Shown: in pieces, positions 28,430 through 42,671 of the stretch
Position numbering within the stretch: the stretch's first letter is position 1
Layout of the letters: each line of letters starts with the position of its first letter
Assembly (NCBI GenBank): GCA_951406725.2
Contig: OX597819.1
Location: forward strand, 21,452,001-21,516,000
DNA from: Octopus vulgaris
Lineage: Eukaryota
Length of the DNA stretch: 64,000 bases
Direction: 5' to 3'
Program-made: the position numbers and the translations under genes
The notes under the pieces: generated by a model
What the model saw: the letters and a program-made list of their open reading frames with translations, nothing else
What the model was told of the DNA's origin: nothing
The model's database searches: none

Positions 28430-28812
28430 GGAGGCGCAATGGTCCAGTGATTAGGGCAGCGGACTCGCGGTCATAGGATCGCGGTTTCGATTCCCAGACC
28501 GGGCGTTGTGAGTACTTATTGAGCGAAAACACCTAAAGCTCCACTATCTCCGGCAGGGGATGGTGGTGATCCCTGCTGTACTCTTTCACCACAACCTTCT
28601 CTCACTCTTACTTCCTGTTTCTGTTGTACCTGTATTTCAAAGGGCTGGCCTTGTCACTCTCTGTGTCACGCTGAATATCCCCGAGAACTACGTCAAGGGT
28701 ACACGTGACTGTGACGTGCTCAGCCACTTACACGTTAATTTCACGAGCAGGCTGTTCCGTTGATTTGGATCAACAGGAACCCACATCGTCGTAACCGACG
28801 GAGTGCTTCCTT
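28430..28812 (+). mobile_element. Full-length tRNA-Arg-headed SINE (octopus OR-like) with 12-bp TSD
   Basis: A box tggtccagtgattag, anticodon loop ctcgcgg, B box gtttcgattcc; direct repeat GATAACTTGATA at 28415-28426 and 28817-28828. Confidence 0.92.
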
Positions 28813-29245
28813 CTAAGATAACTTGATAAACTACCAGCAACGTAAAGATTAATTACGGATTAATTACTGCTATTAGTGGCGATTACTTCATGTCATAATT
28901 AATTCAGAAAAGCGATGATTCAAATAAATAAGACTACACACAAAAGATGACAGATATCAGTTAATACGGAGCACGTCAATGACAGGAAAATAAGACAAGA
29001 CATCAGTGTGAAATGTTGAAATAGGAGACAGCCAAGGTAAAAAGAGACAATATGGCTGTTTAATGAGATTTCTGTGACATAAAGATAAATATATCTAATA
29101 GATACATGTTTGTGTTTCAGATCTTGTTGAATTGGTCGTTGAGGTGTTATCCATCATAATAGATCGTTACTGTTGAATACAATGCCACGTTGTTACTACG
29201 CATTTTCGTCTACAATTTGTCGTGTATGTGCAATTTTGCGTGCAT

Positions 29246-29294
<49 letters not shown>

Positions 29295-29319
29295 AGTTTG
29301 TACGTTCATTTCTGTATAT

Positions 29320-29351
29320 TTTTATGTAACGGAAACTGAAAGAAGCCCGTC

Positions 29352-29387
<36 letters not shown>

Positions 29388-29493
29388 CTTCCCTTCTTTC
29401 CTGAGCGTCAATAATACTTTAATTGTTCCACGTCCTGCGTTGCTGTGTTTTTTCTCTTTTTTTCTTTTTTTCTGTGTTTTCTTGTTTGGATTA

Positions 29494-29535
<42 letters not shown>

Positions 29536-29755
29536 CGTGCGTCTATATGTTTGTGTGTGTGTGTTTATTCTCCCAACATCGCTTGACAGCCAATGCTGGT
29601 GTGTTTACGTCCCCGTAGCTTAGCGGTTTGGCAAAAGAGACCGATAGAATAAGTACTAAGCTTTAAAAAGTCCTGGGGTCGATTTGCTTGACTAAAGGCG
29701 GTGCTCCAACATGGCCACAGTCAAATGACTGAAACAAGTAAAAGAGTAAAGAGTA
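29320..29755 (+). mobile_element. SINE family B 3' part, interrupted in its TA tract by a fragment of the 58225-58430 repeat
   Basis: acggaaactgaaagaagcccgtcg-(TA)n-[ttccttcccttctttcctgagcgtc...ggattaac]-(TA)n-...gcttagcggtttggcaaaagagaccgatag. Confidence 0.8.
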
Positions 29756-30054
29756 TATACGTCGAACTCTCCGACAGACAGATACACATAAACATACATG
29801 TTTGTATACATATAGAAACAGGATAAACCGTTCGTAAAACACAGACACGTAAAAGGAAAAGAAGTTGGGCATCAGGTTACCTCCATATGAGCAGAGAGAT
29901 GTGTTTTAAGAACAGAGGCGATCATTTGTTGGGTGGAGAAGAAATGTTTAGGCTAACGGTATCGATGGTGTTATAGCCTTCGAGGTTCCACTATAAGTTT
30001 TACACTTGGATGACTATAGGGAAAACAAGTGCAGGGAGGGAATTCGAACAGCCA

Positions 30055-30472
30055 GCGATGATATTACCACACCATTTTTTATACGATATTACATTACTAC
30101 AGGCGTGTGCCTATCACTATAATTTGGTAACACAATTGTGCTTGGATTATATTCGGAATGTTAGAATAGCTTCTCTAAATGATGATTATATTACAATATT
30201 TATAGTACATTGTGATTATGTGACTCTTTGTGACGGTGTGTATCAGTGATGACGGGAAAAGAAGGGTCAGCATGGCCCGAAATTAATCACACCGTCACAA
30301 AGAGTCACATAATCACAATGTACTATAAATATTGTAATATAATCATCATTTAGAGAAGCTATTCTAACATTCCGAGAATAATCCAAGCACAATTGAGTTA
30401 TCAAATTATAGTGGTAGGCACACGCCCGTAGTAATGGTATCGTATAAAAAAATGCTGTGATAATATCGTTGC
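30055..30472. repeat. Long inverted repeat (~185-bp arms, 47-nt loop) with a degenerate HHR core in the loop
   Basis: Arms ~30055-30240 and 30288-30472; inner 88 bp perfect. Loop reads gTGATGA c GGG...CCC GAAA TTAA TC. Confidence 0.9.
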
Positions 30473-30926
30473 AATATTTTCAACTTGACGGTATAGGAAA
30501 CACTTTATTCAGATGGGTATACGCATTTCCACTTAAGCACACACATATAATAGACATGTACACACACACCTATAGTCTCGCACACACACAAATACAACTC
30601 CCGCACCGATACACACTCTCACTTCGACAGATAAGTATCTATCATTAAAAAGAGTCATAAAAAGATAAGACAATCTCGTTAGATACCAACAGACAAAGGA
30701 CAGCGGCGTATTTTTGTTGTTGATTCGAATTTGGTAGCTGGACATCTTCATCTCGTAGTACTCAACTGGGTGGCCAGCATATAAAATGCTATACACGAGA
30801 GTGTCGGCATGCTTGGGCAAACGTTTGATGTTAATAAATAAATTGCGTTCATTGCCCGACGTTCGGTATCTGCTGTATATGTCTAAATACTTGTATTTAC
30901 ATGTACATATATACCTCTATATACAT

Positions 30927-30961
<35 letters not shown>

Positions 30962-31209
30962 CATACATACATACATATGTGTGCGGGGGGAGGAGGGTAC
31001 TTTGTGTGTAGTAAACGAGTTCAACAAAAACTTAGATTCAGATGAATTAGGTACTTAAGTTGAGGCACCAGAATTTAGCACAGTATTATCCATACACTTT
31101 CAAAGTAAGGTGATTAAAATCAAAATAAGCCACAAGCATATCCAAAGCTAATGCATGAAACGATCGTTTGTAACAACTTTATCTTCTCACATTTTAGATT
31201 TTAGATTTT

Positions 31210-31570
31210 TTAGCTATTGGACTGAGGTCAACTCGGGGCATCAACTCAAAGATTGTTTTAGCTTCATAAATCCATCCTAGTACTTTATATTTTAAGCTAT
31301 TCAATCGGGTTTCTTTTGCCGAGCCGCTAATTTACGAGGACGTAAGCAAAGCAACACCAGTTCTCAAGTTGTGGTGGTAATGTGGCGGAGGGTTCGAATC
31401 ACACACACGTATACAATTACACACATATAAACCAGAGGCTTCTACACAGTTTCCATCTGCCAGATTTACTCACAAAGCAATAGTCCACACGGGGATTCAA
31501 TAATTGACGTGCCGAGTGGGACTGTGCCCGAACCCACCTGATTGGAAAGCAACCTTCTGAACCACGTACA
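31210..31570 (-). mobile_element. SINE family B, degenerate
   Basis: tcttttgccgagccgctaatttacgaggacgtaagc and cagtttccatctgccagatttactcacaaagca. Confidence 0.7.
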
Positions 31571-32184
31571 ATCATATTTTATCGGATATCGGGATTCCTA
31601 AATGTCATTACCGCTATCATATCAATTATCAAAATCCAGATTAACATAGAGTAGACCTGTAATAAACAGCACTAAATCCGTGGCCGTCCCGAAATTTTAG
31701 GTGGAATTCCAAGTCCTATTTATTTAATCTTAACCGAAACATGAAGGAAATTTGAGGAATTTGGCTTCTATTTCTAGCAGAGCGGGAAATGTTGTTATTA
31801 CTCCCTCGTTGGCAATTAATTATATCGTAGTGAAATAGTCGTAAAGTTGTCAGAAGGTAACTATAATGTATTCATAAGAAAATCATAAATTTGTCACAAG
31901 GTAATTATAAAAGGTTTCATTGAATATTCATAAAAGCAAAATGCCGTAAATAGAGTGGAGTAATATAAAATAAAATTGATGGAGTAAATTTAACATTTAC
32001 GAGATTATAATTTAGAAATTCCAGGTTGTTAGCCTTCTATGCCTTAATTCACACCAGCAGATCCTTGATTATAATATATTATTTTGATTTAATGCTTGAT
32101 CATTAAATTATGTGTACGTATGGGAGTCTATTTGTATGGAGTCATAACTCGCAGACACATTAACACACGCACACATGGAAGAAC

Positions 32185-32232
<48 letters not shown>

Positions 32233-32499
32233 TTCGGGGTTTTTTTAAAAACTGACAGGAAAAAATAAATGAATAAGAAAGAATATAAATTTATTATTGA
32301 TTAACTCAGAGGCTACATCAATAACTGAAGGACTTAGTTTCGCGCCAAAGCGTTGTGGAACTCGTTTGGATTTCTCTATTCCTTGTCAGCTAACTGCATT
32401 CTGGCCTATGTATACATATTCATATATATATATACATAATATACACACACACATAGACACACGCATATATATATATATATGTATATATACATTTTTTAA

Positions 32500-32860
32500 A
32501 ATACTTGTTTCAGTCATTTGACTGTGGCCATGCTGGAGCACCACCTTTAGTCGAGCAAATCGACCCCAGGACTTATTCTGTGTAAGCCTCGTACTAATTC
32601 ATTCGGTCTCATTTTGCCGAACCGCAAATTTACGGAGACGTAATCACACCAGCATCGGTTGTCAAGCGATGTTGGGGGGTGGCAAACACAGACACACAAA
32701 CATATACACACACGCAACTATATATATATATATATATATACGACGGTCTTCGGTCGGCTCGAGGCTATAGTAGAAGACACATGCCCAAGGTGCGACGCAG
32801 TGGGACTGAACCCGGAACCATGTGGTTGGTAAGCAATTTACTTACCACACAGCCACTCCT
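32500..32860 (-). mobile_element. SINE family B with an internal deletion
   Basis: Reverse complement of the 40452-40861 element. Confidence 0.88.
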
Positions 32861-33380
32861 ACGCCGATATATATATAGAGACCCACACATAGACATATAT
32901 ATAAACAAAAATGAAGACAGGTGCATGAACAACAAGCATATGTATTAGTTTGATGCTCTGGAAGGTGAGAAAGTCTTTCACATTGTGAGCCTACGATTTT
33001 CAACTTAATGGAACACGAGGAAATTTACAGAGAAAGAATATCAGAGAAGCGACAGATGTGTTAGAATACGTCAAATGCAAGGGAAATGTGTCATAAAGTA
33101 TAATAGGTATGATTGCTCAGAGCAGAGTAATTGCCTAAAGTCTGACATTGAGTGGATGGATAGAGAGTCGGTGGATATAAGAATTGGCTATACATGCACA
33201 TAAATAAACACACACTAACACACACATAAGATGGCTAATTTGAAGAGTGGTTAAATCGTTGTACATACTGCTATGAGTTAATATTTCCAAAGATTTGGAC
33301 TTCGAATTCGGATGTTCAATTTCGTTGTGGCTTCTCAGAAAGAAGGATTGAGGCTAAGTCAACAATTGACACAGCAATTT

Positions 33381-33564
<184 letters not shown>

Positions 33565-33791
33565 TTTGTTGTGCAAGATTTTTTATGTGAAGTCGTGTGT
33601 TGAAATAAATAAGAAAGAAGAAAACAAAGGACCACTGATGCGGTCACAGGAGTGTGACGAAAGATCTCTGGCCGAAATAAGATTAAGATTAATGTAAAAA
33701 ATAAATAACACTGAAGCAAAGTAACACCAAATATATAGTGCGTGTGTTTTTATTGGCTAAACTTGCAAAATGACCATTCCGAAATATAACA

Positions 33792-33876
<85 letters not shown>

Positions 33877-33918
33877 CACACATATATACATACATACATA
33901 CATACATATACACACGCG

Positions 33919-33975
<57 letters not shown>

Positions 33976-34088
33976 TTGTGTTCTTTCGTCGAAGGGTGGT
34001 GTTTTGCGTGTAATTACATTAGGGAGTACACACAAACGCACATATACACACATTTATAGGTATGTACATAAATACGCATGCCTACACC

Positions 34089-34122
<34 letters not shown>

Positions 34123-35379
34123 TACATTGATATATATACACACACATACACACTCACACACATATGCATACCAGCACACCCAAAAACACACACATGCTTG
34201 TATATGGGAAGAATATTGATATCGTCGCGCGAAACATGTTCTAATTAACTTTAATTAAGAAACAAAACAATGTTTCATCAATTTAGCTGTTAATTTATTA
34301 TAATTTCAATCGAATTTGTTTAGATTTTGGCACAGCTAAAACCCACCGGAGGTCGTTGTATTTTTCGGTTCCATTATGTCTGGAAATTATAGAGTCAAGC
34401 CAGCAAAAGTCTCTACTACAATTTACCATCGTCTATTGTTCCCACCTCCCCACCTACCTACATATATAAACAAACACACACACATTCACATGTACATGTC
34501 TATACGTATATATACGTCAATTATTTAAATGAATATTTTTATCTTTTACACGTATAGAGACACAACTATGTGTCAATATATATAAATATGTGTGTATCAG
34601 TGGGTGCGAATTTATATATATATATATATATATGCTTGTGTGTATATATGCATATAAATGTACACTTATATACGTGCGTATATATATGACTGCATATGCA
34701 AAGACAAACATATACATATACATAGACACACACACACACATATATATATATACATACACATGATCACACAAATGCTCGCATGTACATACACAAAACACAC
34801 ATGTGTATAAAGCCCAAATTATAATTAGAGAGTTGTTCAGCAAACTTGAATATATAATGAAATATTAGTGCGATGATGGGAATAGTGAGAATGATGTTGG
34901 TAACCACGTCGGGGGCGAGAATGCCAGCAGTGTTGACGTGAATGATGATGAAGATGGTGAAGATGATGATGATGATGATGATGAGGCGGAGGAGGATGGT
35001 GGTAGTGGTGGTGGTGGGTGGTGCAAGATATTAATTATCTCCGAGTTGCATTTCATAGCAACCGATGTATCTTGGAGCTGATCGATGTTATATTGTCTTG
35101 GCTCTTTGCAAGTCATCGTCACATCAAGAGTTCGATTCCCTTCTTCGTCGATTTCAATTTTGGTTTTACGGAAACCCATTTGGAAATAATAGTTTCAAGG
35201 ATCATTGTTGATCCTCAAAGACTTCTTTGTACCTTACGAATGACTGCGCTGAAAATACATGAGTGGAAAACTAGAGAGAATCCTAAGTGATCGATATATG
35301 AAGAGAGATAAGAATCTAATTCTTCTACACAAGGTTTCCAACGGTGTCCATTTTTATTCCAGTCCAACATCAGTTTTGT

Positions 35380-35510
35380 GGAGGCATATGGCCTAGTGGT
35401 TAGAGCAGCGGACTCGCACTCGAGGCATCGTGGGTTCGAATCTCCCACCGGGCCATGTGTGTGTTTATGAGTGAAATACCTAAGTTCCACGCGGCTCCGT
35501 CAGAAGGTAA
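35380..35510 (+). mobile_element. OR-like SINE, tRNA head only
   Basis: ggaggcatatggcctagtggttagagcagcggactcgc...gggttcgaatctccc. Confidence 0.8.
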
Positions 35511-35819
35511 TGTGCCATCCCAGGTGTAGGACCAATATTAAATTATGGGTCCCACTCGAACCTTTTACAAAGTCAACCTCTATTAGGAGATGACATATTG
35601 CCTTGTTCTGAAGATTGCAATACATTCAATAATGTGGTTTGCGTCGATAATATTAACGTGTATTAATACGGGATTGTTTTGGTTTCAGTTACTTATTGTC
35701 TAAAACTGGGGAGAACCAAATATTCAGTTTTGTTTCTTTTGTTACTGGATATGTTTAGTGACCGCGTCTTCAACTCAAGTGGCTATATTACTCATTCGTT
35801 GTTCGGAACTTTACTTAGA

Positions 35820-36202
35820 CGGAAGCACTCCGTCGGTTACGACGTTGAGGGTCCCGGTTGATCGGAATCAACGGAACAGCCTGCTCGTGAAATTAACGTG
35901 TAAGTGGCTGAGCACCCCACAGACACGTGTACCCTTAACGTAGTTCTCGGGGATATTCAGCGTGACACAGAGAGTGACAAGGCCGGCCCTTTGAAATACA
36001 GGTACAACAGAAACAGGAAGTAAGAGTGAGAGAAAGTTGTGGTGAAAGAGTACAGCAGGGATCACCACCATCCCCTGCCGGAGCCTCGTGGAGCTTTAGG
36101 TGTTTTCGCTCAATAAACACTCACAACGCCCGGTCTGGGAATCGAAACCCCGATCCTATGACCGCGAGTCCGCTGCCCTAACCACTGGGCCATTGCGCCT
36201 CC
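35820..36202 (-). mobile_element. Full-length tRNA-Arg-headed SINE (OR-like) with 12-bp TSD
   Basis: Reverse complement of 28430-28812; direct repeat ACTTTACTTAGA at 35808-35819 and 36203-36214. Confidence 0.93.
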
Positions 36203-36849
36203 ACTTTACTTAGAAATACATACTTGAAGGCAAGATCAGGACTCATGAAATATTGTTTTGAACATTTGAGATTACAATAGTGTTTTGATTCTCTGATCAT
36301 TTGAGTATACCTTAATGTCTGGATAACCATTGGAAGGAACTAGAAACCTCAATGTTTACCATTTCTAATTGTCGATTTCGCTCTTTTTGTTTTTTTTGTT
36401 TTTTTTTTATGTTGTAGTATGTCTACTGTGATTATGGCGACATACGACACAAATATTTCAGTAGGAATATCGGCTGTTAAAATGACATGAAGGGATACAA
36501 TATTTAAGCCTCCTTCCACATTGAAGACAGAAATGTATCATATAAGGTAAAGTTTGCTGTTATTTCTAGCATGTCGAGTTAGCTAATGTGGTTCACGTAA
36601 AAAAAAAATAAATGGTTATGCTGAATGTGCTCACGAATCGAACTTTAATATTTGATTCCAAACGCTATTATTATATTTTCCTTAAAGCCTAAGCCGTTGT
36701 ACCAGGATGTTGCTACTATTATTTAACCACTGGTCAAATCTGATTGGTACCTAGAACTAAATAATCATGTGTCCTTCTATTTTTCAGTATGGTAGAATTT
36801 GATTTGAGGACGATTTGGTTGCTATTTCTAGCTGAGTAACTACCTTATA

Positions 36850-37360
36850 CACCTTTCCTCCTTGGATCGGACTCTCAAGATAGTTCCGGTACCCATATTA
36901 AGCAGGCGTTGCTGATAATTCGACAAGATCTTGGCTTCACGGTTTCGAAATTTGGATTTCTTCGTTGTTAAGCTATTTCCCTTTCTATTTATTACTAATG
37001 TTTTAGAGGAAAGTATGAGAGCCACCACATAACGATTATAAGGATCCTTGGCGATGACGAATCTAAGACATTGTGATGAAAATACGACTCTGTAGTTAAG
37101 TGATTCACGTTTTATTACATACCGGGATATTGTAATTTTCACTGACCGAACCCCCATCAACTAATGCGAAAGCGAAAATTTATTGATGGAAATTTGTGGA
37201 AGCTGTGTCTGATAGAGCGTTCCCATTTTGTGGTGAATATTTGTGTGTTTAACTGAGTCCATTCTGTGAAAGCATTTAGGGCAGTTTTTTTCTGGATGAG
37301 GATAAAATTCCTCCCATCCTTCCATAAAAAATGAATTATTATGGGCGCTGATTTTTCTCA
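36850..37360 (-). mobile_element. Probable Mutator/MULE transposase fossil
   Basis: Peptides EEFYPHPEKNCPKCFHRMDS, SL*SLCGGSHTFL and KKSKFRNREAKILSNY resemble the MULE CxFH, SHPxxWK and KKKY blocks in the expected order. Heavily decayed. Confidence 0.4.
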
Positions 37361-38787
37361 TAAAGATAAATTATAATTAGAAAAAATGTCAAAGAAACAA
37401 ATATAATAAGGGAAAGTATAATTTTAGAAACCTCCATAACCTGACACTGTTTCAAGTCCCTTTAAGGGAAAGTTCACATTATAAGCAGCATCAATTCCCA
37501 GGGGAGAAAGGCAAATGGGAAAACTTTTTCTCCTCATCAAACGACGATTCATTTGAGAGGATGAATAGAAAACAATGGAAATATTAATAAGCGAACGAGT
37601 TGTAGCACCATTTACCGTTTAGTATCACTTAGTAGCATCATACAGTCGTATCATACGGTGCGGTATTCCAATCCTTTCGTTGAATTTTCAAACAAAAAGA
37701 GTCGAATTCTTTTTGCAATCTTCCCAAGAACCAATCTTTTATCCGAAACCAAATCGATACATGAATTCAGCTCACCCACTTTATATGACATATTCGTCGT
37801 TAGCGCCACCCTCCCCCACCCCCATCGAAGAAAAAAACTAAAGAAATGTTGTTATTCTAATTTCTTTGTTATATAACTCTTGTACTGTCTGATGGAGCAG
37901 ACCTCTGACTAATGGGATTCCAACTTTGACCATCACATCAGTTAGGATATATACGTCTACTTTATAAAACTTATTTCTTTTTGTGGATTATAGTATAGCA
38001 TCGGAAAAATGTTGGCAGCATTTTGACCGACAGAGAAGCCAGACCCTATAAAGATAAACAACTGATCGGGTAGATAAGTGGTAGACCGAATCAGAAAAAT
38101 CAGTTCAAAAAATAAAAAACTGAAGCATCGTATGTTTATTGGGTCGTGAAATATAGCAGAATATAACGTTCTATGATGGTTACTTGGTTAAAGAAACACG
38201 GAACATTTTATAATGGATTCTGCATAGTATTGTAATAGTAACACTTAGATTAATATGTCTCGTTAATATGAAACTGTAGTCATGAAACTGAACGTCGTTC
38301 GGTTGAATTATTCTTATATAAAGACCGAAAGTAGGCTATTTAAGACTCAATAATGCATCAGGATATGGGATCGTTCGAGAAAATGATAGACAGATGTTCG
38401 CTATGCTACGGAACTGAAAAATTAAAAGAAATTTTTTTTTTTAAATGTTAAAAATTATATTAAGTGAATATTTGAGCCAGTTAAGGGGATTGAAATAGTA
38501 TAGAAAGAGCAGGAGATGTTAGAAAATATGGACATTTTCTAGTTGATTGAGCCATTATGATCTTCTCAATACGAAGGATATTGAAAATTAGTTTCAGGCC
38601 ATTATACAACAGCTTGATTCTAAAATAAGGAATCGATAAACGTACGATTATCGTCAAAGAATGACCAGTTTTATTAATTTCTATTACAACTAATTTAGAT
38701 CCAGGATTGAAACCAATTTTATTTAAAAACAAAAATTAACAACTAAATAAATCTAAACAATACTTATACTTTAAAGGGGTTTTGTTG

Positions 38788-38819
<32 letters not shown>

Positions 38820-40009
38820 GGTGGTGGTGATTCGTTTATTAACATTGTGAGATAAAACTCTACAGGAAACGACGACGTGTGATGATATAAAATAAATATT
38901 TGTTAAACAAATATTGTATACGCTTAATCTTTCAGTAAATACCCGATAACAGGTTTTATTTTATGCGTCATTCTTTAGTTGTTTATAAATCATTAATCCT
39001 TTTCGAAACCGTTGACTGTTTCACAATATTGCTGTAGGATTATGAAAAAAACGAAAAAAGATAAAAACGAAAATAGAAAACGCAACTCATGACGTCTTGA
39101 ACCAACAGCCATTATGCCATATAACAAGGACTATAAAGGATGAAGAATGGTTGCAAAAAAGAGATGATTCTTTTAAGACAAAACAGCAATCTTATCCCAG
39201 GTGGCCTCCATTAACATCCATAAACTTTGATTCTGTAATGTTACAAAAAAAAAAAACAATAAAAAAAACTCACAACCACTGAAAATCAAGATTTTATGGC
39301 TAAAGAAAAAATAAAATAAAAATCTTTGTAATCGTTTTTGTTTGTGTTTTTTTTTCTTATTTTCTCTCATCCTTTAGTTATTGTTATTAGTATTATTAGT
39401 ATTTTCTGCTAGCCTCTTTCTAATCACTTCGTTTTTTCCCTCCCTATTCTCTCAATGGCTCATACTCTGTCTCATTCTTTCTCTTACAGTTTTATCTTCC
39501 TCGTTACTAACGGAATTTTTAACCTTCTTCTTTTACCCATGCGTCCTGTGTAATTCCCTTCGTTTTATCTTAATACTTTTTTTCTTCTTCTCTATCTTTT
39601 TTCCTCTTCCTTTTCCATTCAGTCGTTTCGTCTTAATCTCGTTCTTGCTCTACCTCTTCCTCTTCCTTTTTTTACTGGTTCTGCTTTTTTTTTATTTGTT
39701 TCTTCTTTCTCGGTAATGTGTTTTTTTTATTTTATTTTATACTATATTTGTATAACACCTCCACCAACCTTCTTTTAGCCGCAGAATTTTTGCTTTTAAT
39801 ATTATCGTTTTCGACATTATTACGCGTTGGTGGATTGACAGAATCGTTAGAACGTTGGTTGGACAGCCGAGTAGCATTCAGCAATGTTCTGAGTTCCAAT
39901 TCCGTCGTGATCAACTCTGTTTTTATTCTTACAGAGTCTATATAAAAAGTTCTTGTTCCATTTCCATCAGTTATGCATTCTCACAACCTCTGTGTCTTTC
40001 TTCAAACTT

Positions 40010-40340
40010 TCCATTCTAACCGTTTTCTCTGTCCACTTTTCCTGGAGAGGGGGGAGTGTCATGGAAGTAAAGCTCTATGACATTTCCTCGATTAGTGTCC
40101 TATCAGAACCAACTGTCACTACACTTTCCATTTGGATTCCCCAGCATGACCAAATGAGGCCGAGATGGGTTGGATATCATCCAACCACCTCGGTCTTCAT
40201 CTACTCCTTGAACTACTGACGGTTGGCTCCGCCTCAAGGATCTGCCTTACTATTCTTTCCTGTGACGTTCTAATCACATGTCCTAAGTATCAGAGCTGTG
40301 TCCCAATCTTTAGAAATAGCGGCTCAAAACTGGAGAGACC
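40010..40340 (-). mobile_element. LINE 3'-end fossil (RTE/L2-like)
   Basis: Minus-strand peptide GHVIRTSQERIVRQILEAEPTVSSSRSR*RPRWLDDI, typical of the C-terminal GHV.R...GRP..RW.D block of non-LTR ORF2. Confidence 0.75.
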
Positions 40341-40451
40341 CTTCTGATGAATAGCCGAAACAAAACCAATCGACAAACACAATACAAGATTTATTAAAAG
40401 TTATCTTAAAACTATGTAAAGTGTGTACATTTTCCTTCTTTAATTGCTCAT

Positions 40452-40860
40452 AGGAGTGGCTGTGTGGTAAGTAACTTGCTAACCAACCACATGGTTCCGG
40501 GTTCAGTCCCACTGCGTGGCATCTTGGGCAAGTGTCTTCTGCTATAGCCCCGGGCCGACCAAAGCCTTGTGAGTGGATTTGGTAGACGGAAACTGAAAGA
40601 AGCCTGTCGTATATATGTATATATATATGTGTGTCTGTGTGTGCTTGTGTGTCTGTGTTTGTCCCCCTAGCATTGCTTGACAACCGATGCTGGTGTGCTT
40701 ACGTCCCCGTCACTTAGCGGTTCGGCGAAAGAGACCGATAGAATAAGTACTGGGCTTACAAAGAATAAGTCCCGGGGTCGATTTGGTCGACTAAAGGCGG
40801 TGCTCCAGCATGGCCGCAGTCAAATGACTGAAACAAGTAACAGAGTAAAAGAGTAAAGAG

Positions 40861-40861
<1 letters not shown>
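40452..40861 (+). mobile_element. SINE family B, full-length and best-preserved copy
   Basis: tRNA-like head (ggctgtgtggtaag A box; gggttcagtccc B box), internal TA/TG tract, gagtaaa tail; about 9 relatives in the window. Confidence 0.92.
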
Positions 40862-40922
<61 letters not shown>

Positions 40923-42139
40923 CTGAAACTTTCAGCACTGTCCCTTGTGCTCATAAAAAATTATAAAATTAATATAAATGTTCAAATGAAAAAGATCTTT
41001 TACTTTGATATATAATCGAATAAGTTAAATTTTCCTTTTGTATGAATCCTCCCATGCCCACCCTGTGCTTTTGCCTTCTCTGCCTCCTCTCTGTTTTCTT
41101 TGTTATGACTCTATGATTATCTTTCACTGTGTGTAGCGTTTCTTTGCATATACATACACGCACGCACAGGCATAAGTAATAAGTGAAGAGCAGTGGTAAT
41201 GTATATCGCCTGTGGCACACGATTGTTTCGACAAGTGGAGGTGACCAGTTATACATCATATCTATAGACATTGAGAAGAATGATGATTACGTCGTGCATA
41301 CGTAACACCACCGTTAGTTTTTTTTTCGTCGGTGCCGATTGAATAATGAATCGATTCTGAAGAAATAACATCCTGTTCTGTCTCTGAATATTCATTACAT
41401 GATATGCATGACTAAGTATTTCATATTATCATCGATGACTATGTGCATGATGTGTTGTAGCTCACCTTCAGTTGTTGAAATAATTGTAAACTATGGAATA
41501 AAGGCTGTATCCTAAATTCCACTGGTAGCTTATTTTATTTATACTCTCCGACGGAAGTAAAACTTACGGATTTTCCGTTGAATCACTTCTCTGAGATACG
41601 CATTACTAATTATGCCAACGGTTGAAGGGAAGCAACGAGATAATTTATAAATAAATTGTGATGTTCTTTCTTTTTGTTAATAGCGTCAGTAAAAGGCTGC
41701 GTTGAGCTGAAAATAACAATTCGGCAATATTTGGCATTTATCAAAATCTACAAACTCTACTCAGTATTTGAAACTGACTATATTCCCAAACTTATGAGTT
41801 GTAATCGTTGAGCAATGCATATACCTACTCACATATATACACATACATATGTGTGTGTGAGTACGAATGATTGTATATGTATATACATATACAAATACAC
41901 GTATACATAACCAGATGCATCTATATGAATGAATATTCAGTAGATTTGTTCTCACATACCTGGGCCATTGCACTCATCTGTGCTCCCCACATAGTGCCAA
42001 AGAAACGGTGGAGCAAGGAGGCAATCCAATGCCAATACATTAAAATCACTGTAACAATGCAGCAGACGAGCTGCAAAGAGAAGCTGAAAAAAACTTCGAT
42101 ATATATGTAATAATCTACATATGCAAAATTCTGGACGGG

Positions 42140-42480
42140 TTGTTACCTACTTTCGGCATCATGTGTTATACCAATTCCCTAATTGGACGCATCGTATTGT
42201 CCCGTTGTCCACATTAGACGCATTGTCCACTCATTTAATGTCAGGGACAGGTACTGCATTCCTTTAGGTTACAAAGGCCCATAACTTTTTAATACTCTGC
42301 CAAAAGAAATTAAGAAAGCTACATAATACCAGAAAAACAAGCAATGGAGCGGAATGAGGTACGGGTGAGAAAAGCAGCCTGAATCTCCCTCATACACCAA
42401 ATGGCTCAACAGCCATGAAAGAGCGCGTACGAGACTGATGACATGAAATATGGCCACGATGAAAAAAACAGCCATAGAAG
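42140..42480 (+). mobile_element. CR1/L2-like LINE 3' fragment
   Basis: KGP*LFNTLPKEIK at ~42272-42313 matches the C-terminal GP.LFN.LP..I block. Confidence 0.55.
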
Positions 42481-42671
42481 AATGATATGTAAAATTCCAA
42501 AATCACTGTGGTGCTCCAGTATGACTGCAGCCACAACACTGAAACAAATAAAAGAAGAAAAGAAAATATATATTTGTGTGTGTGTTTGTGTGTGTGTGTG
42601 CAACTATACTCATAAATATGAGTATAGTGTATGCATATACCTACATATGCATATGTGTGTGTATGTGTGTG

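Noticed and set aside
28430-28505. tRNA-Arg gene (also at 35380, 36130, 42672, 51350, 53967)
   Set aside because: Each continues into a shared SINE body; these are SINE heads.
40344-40360. CTGATGA...GAAA hammerhead-like pair
   Set aside because: No stem II, stem III or NUH site can be formed.
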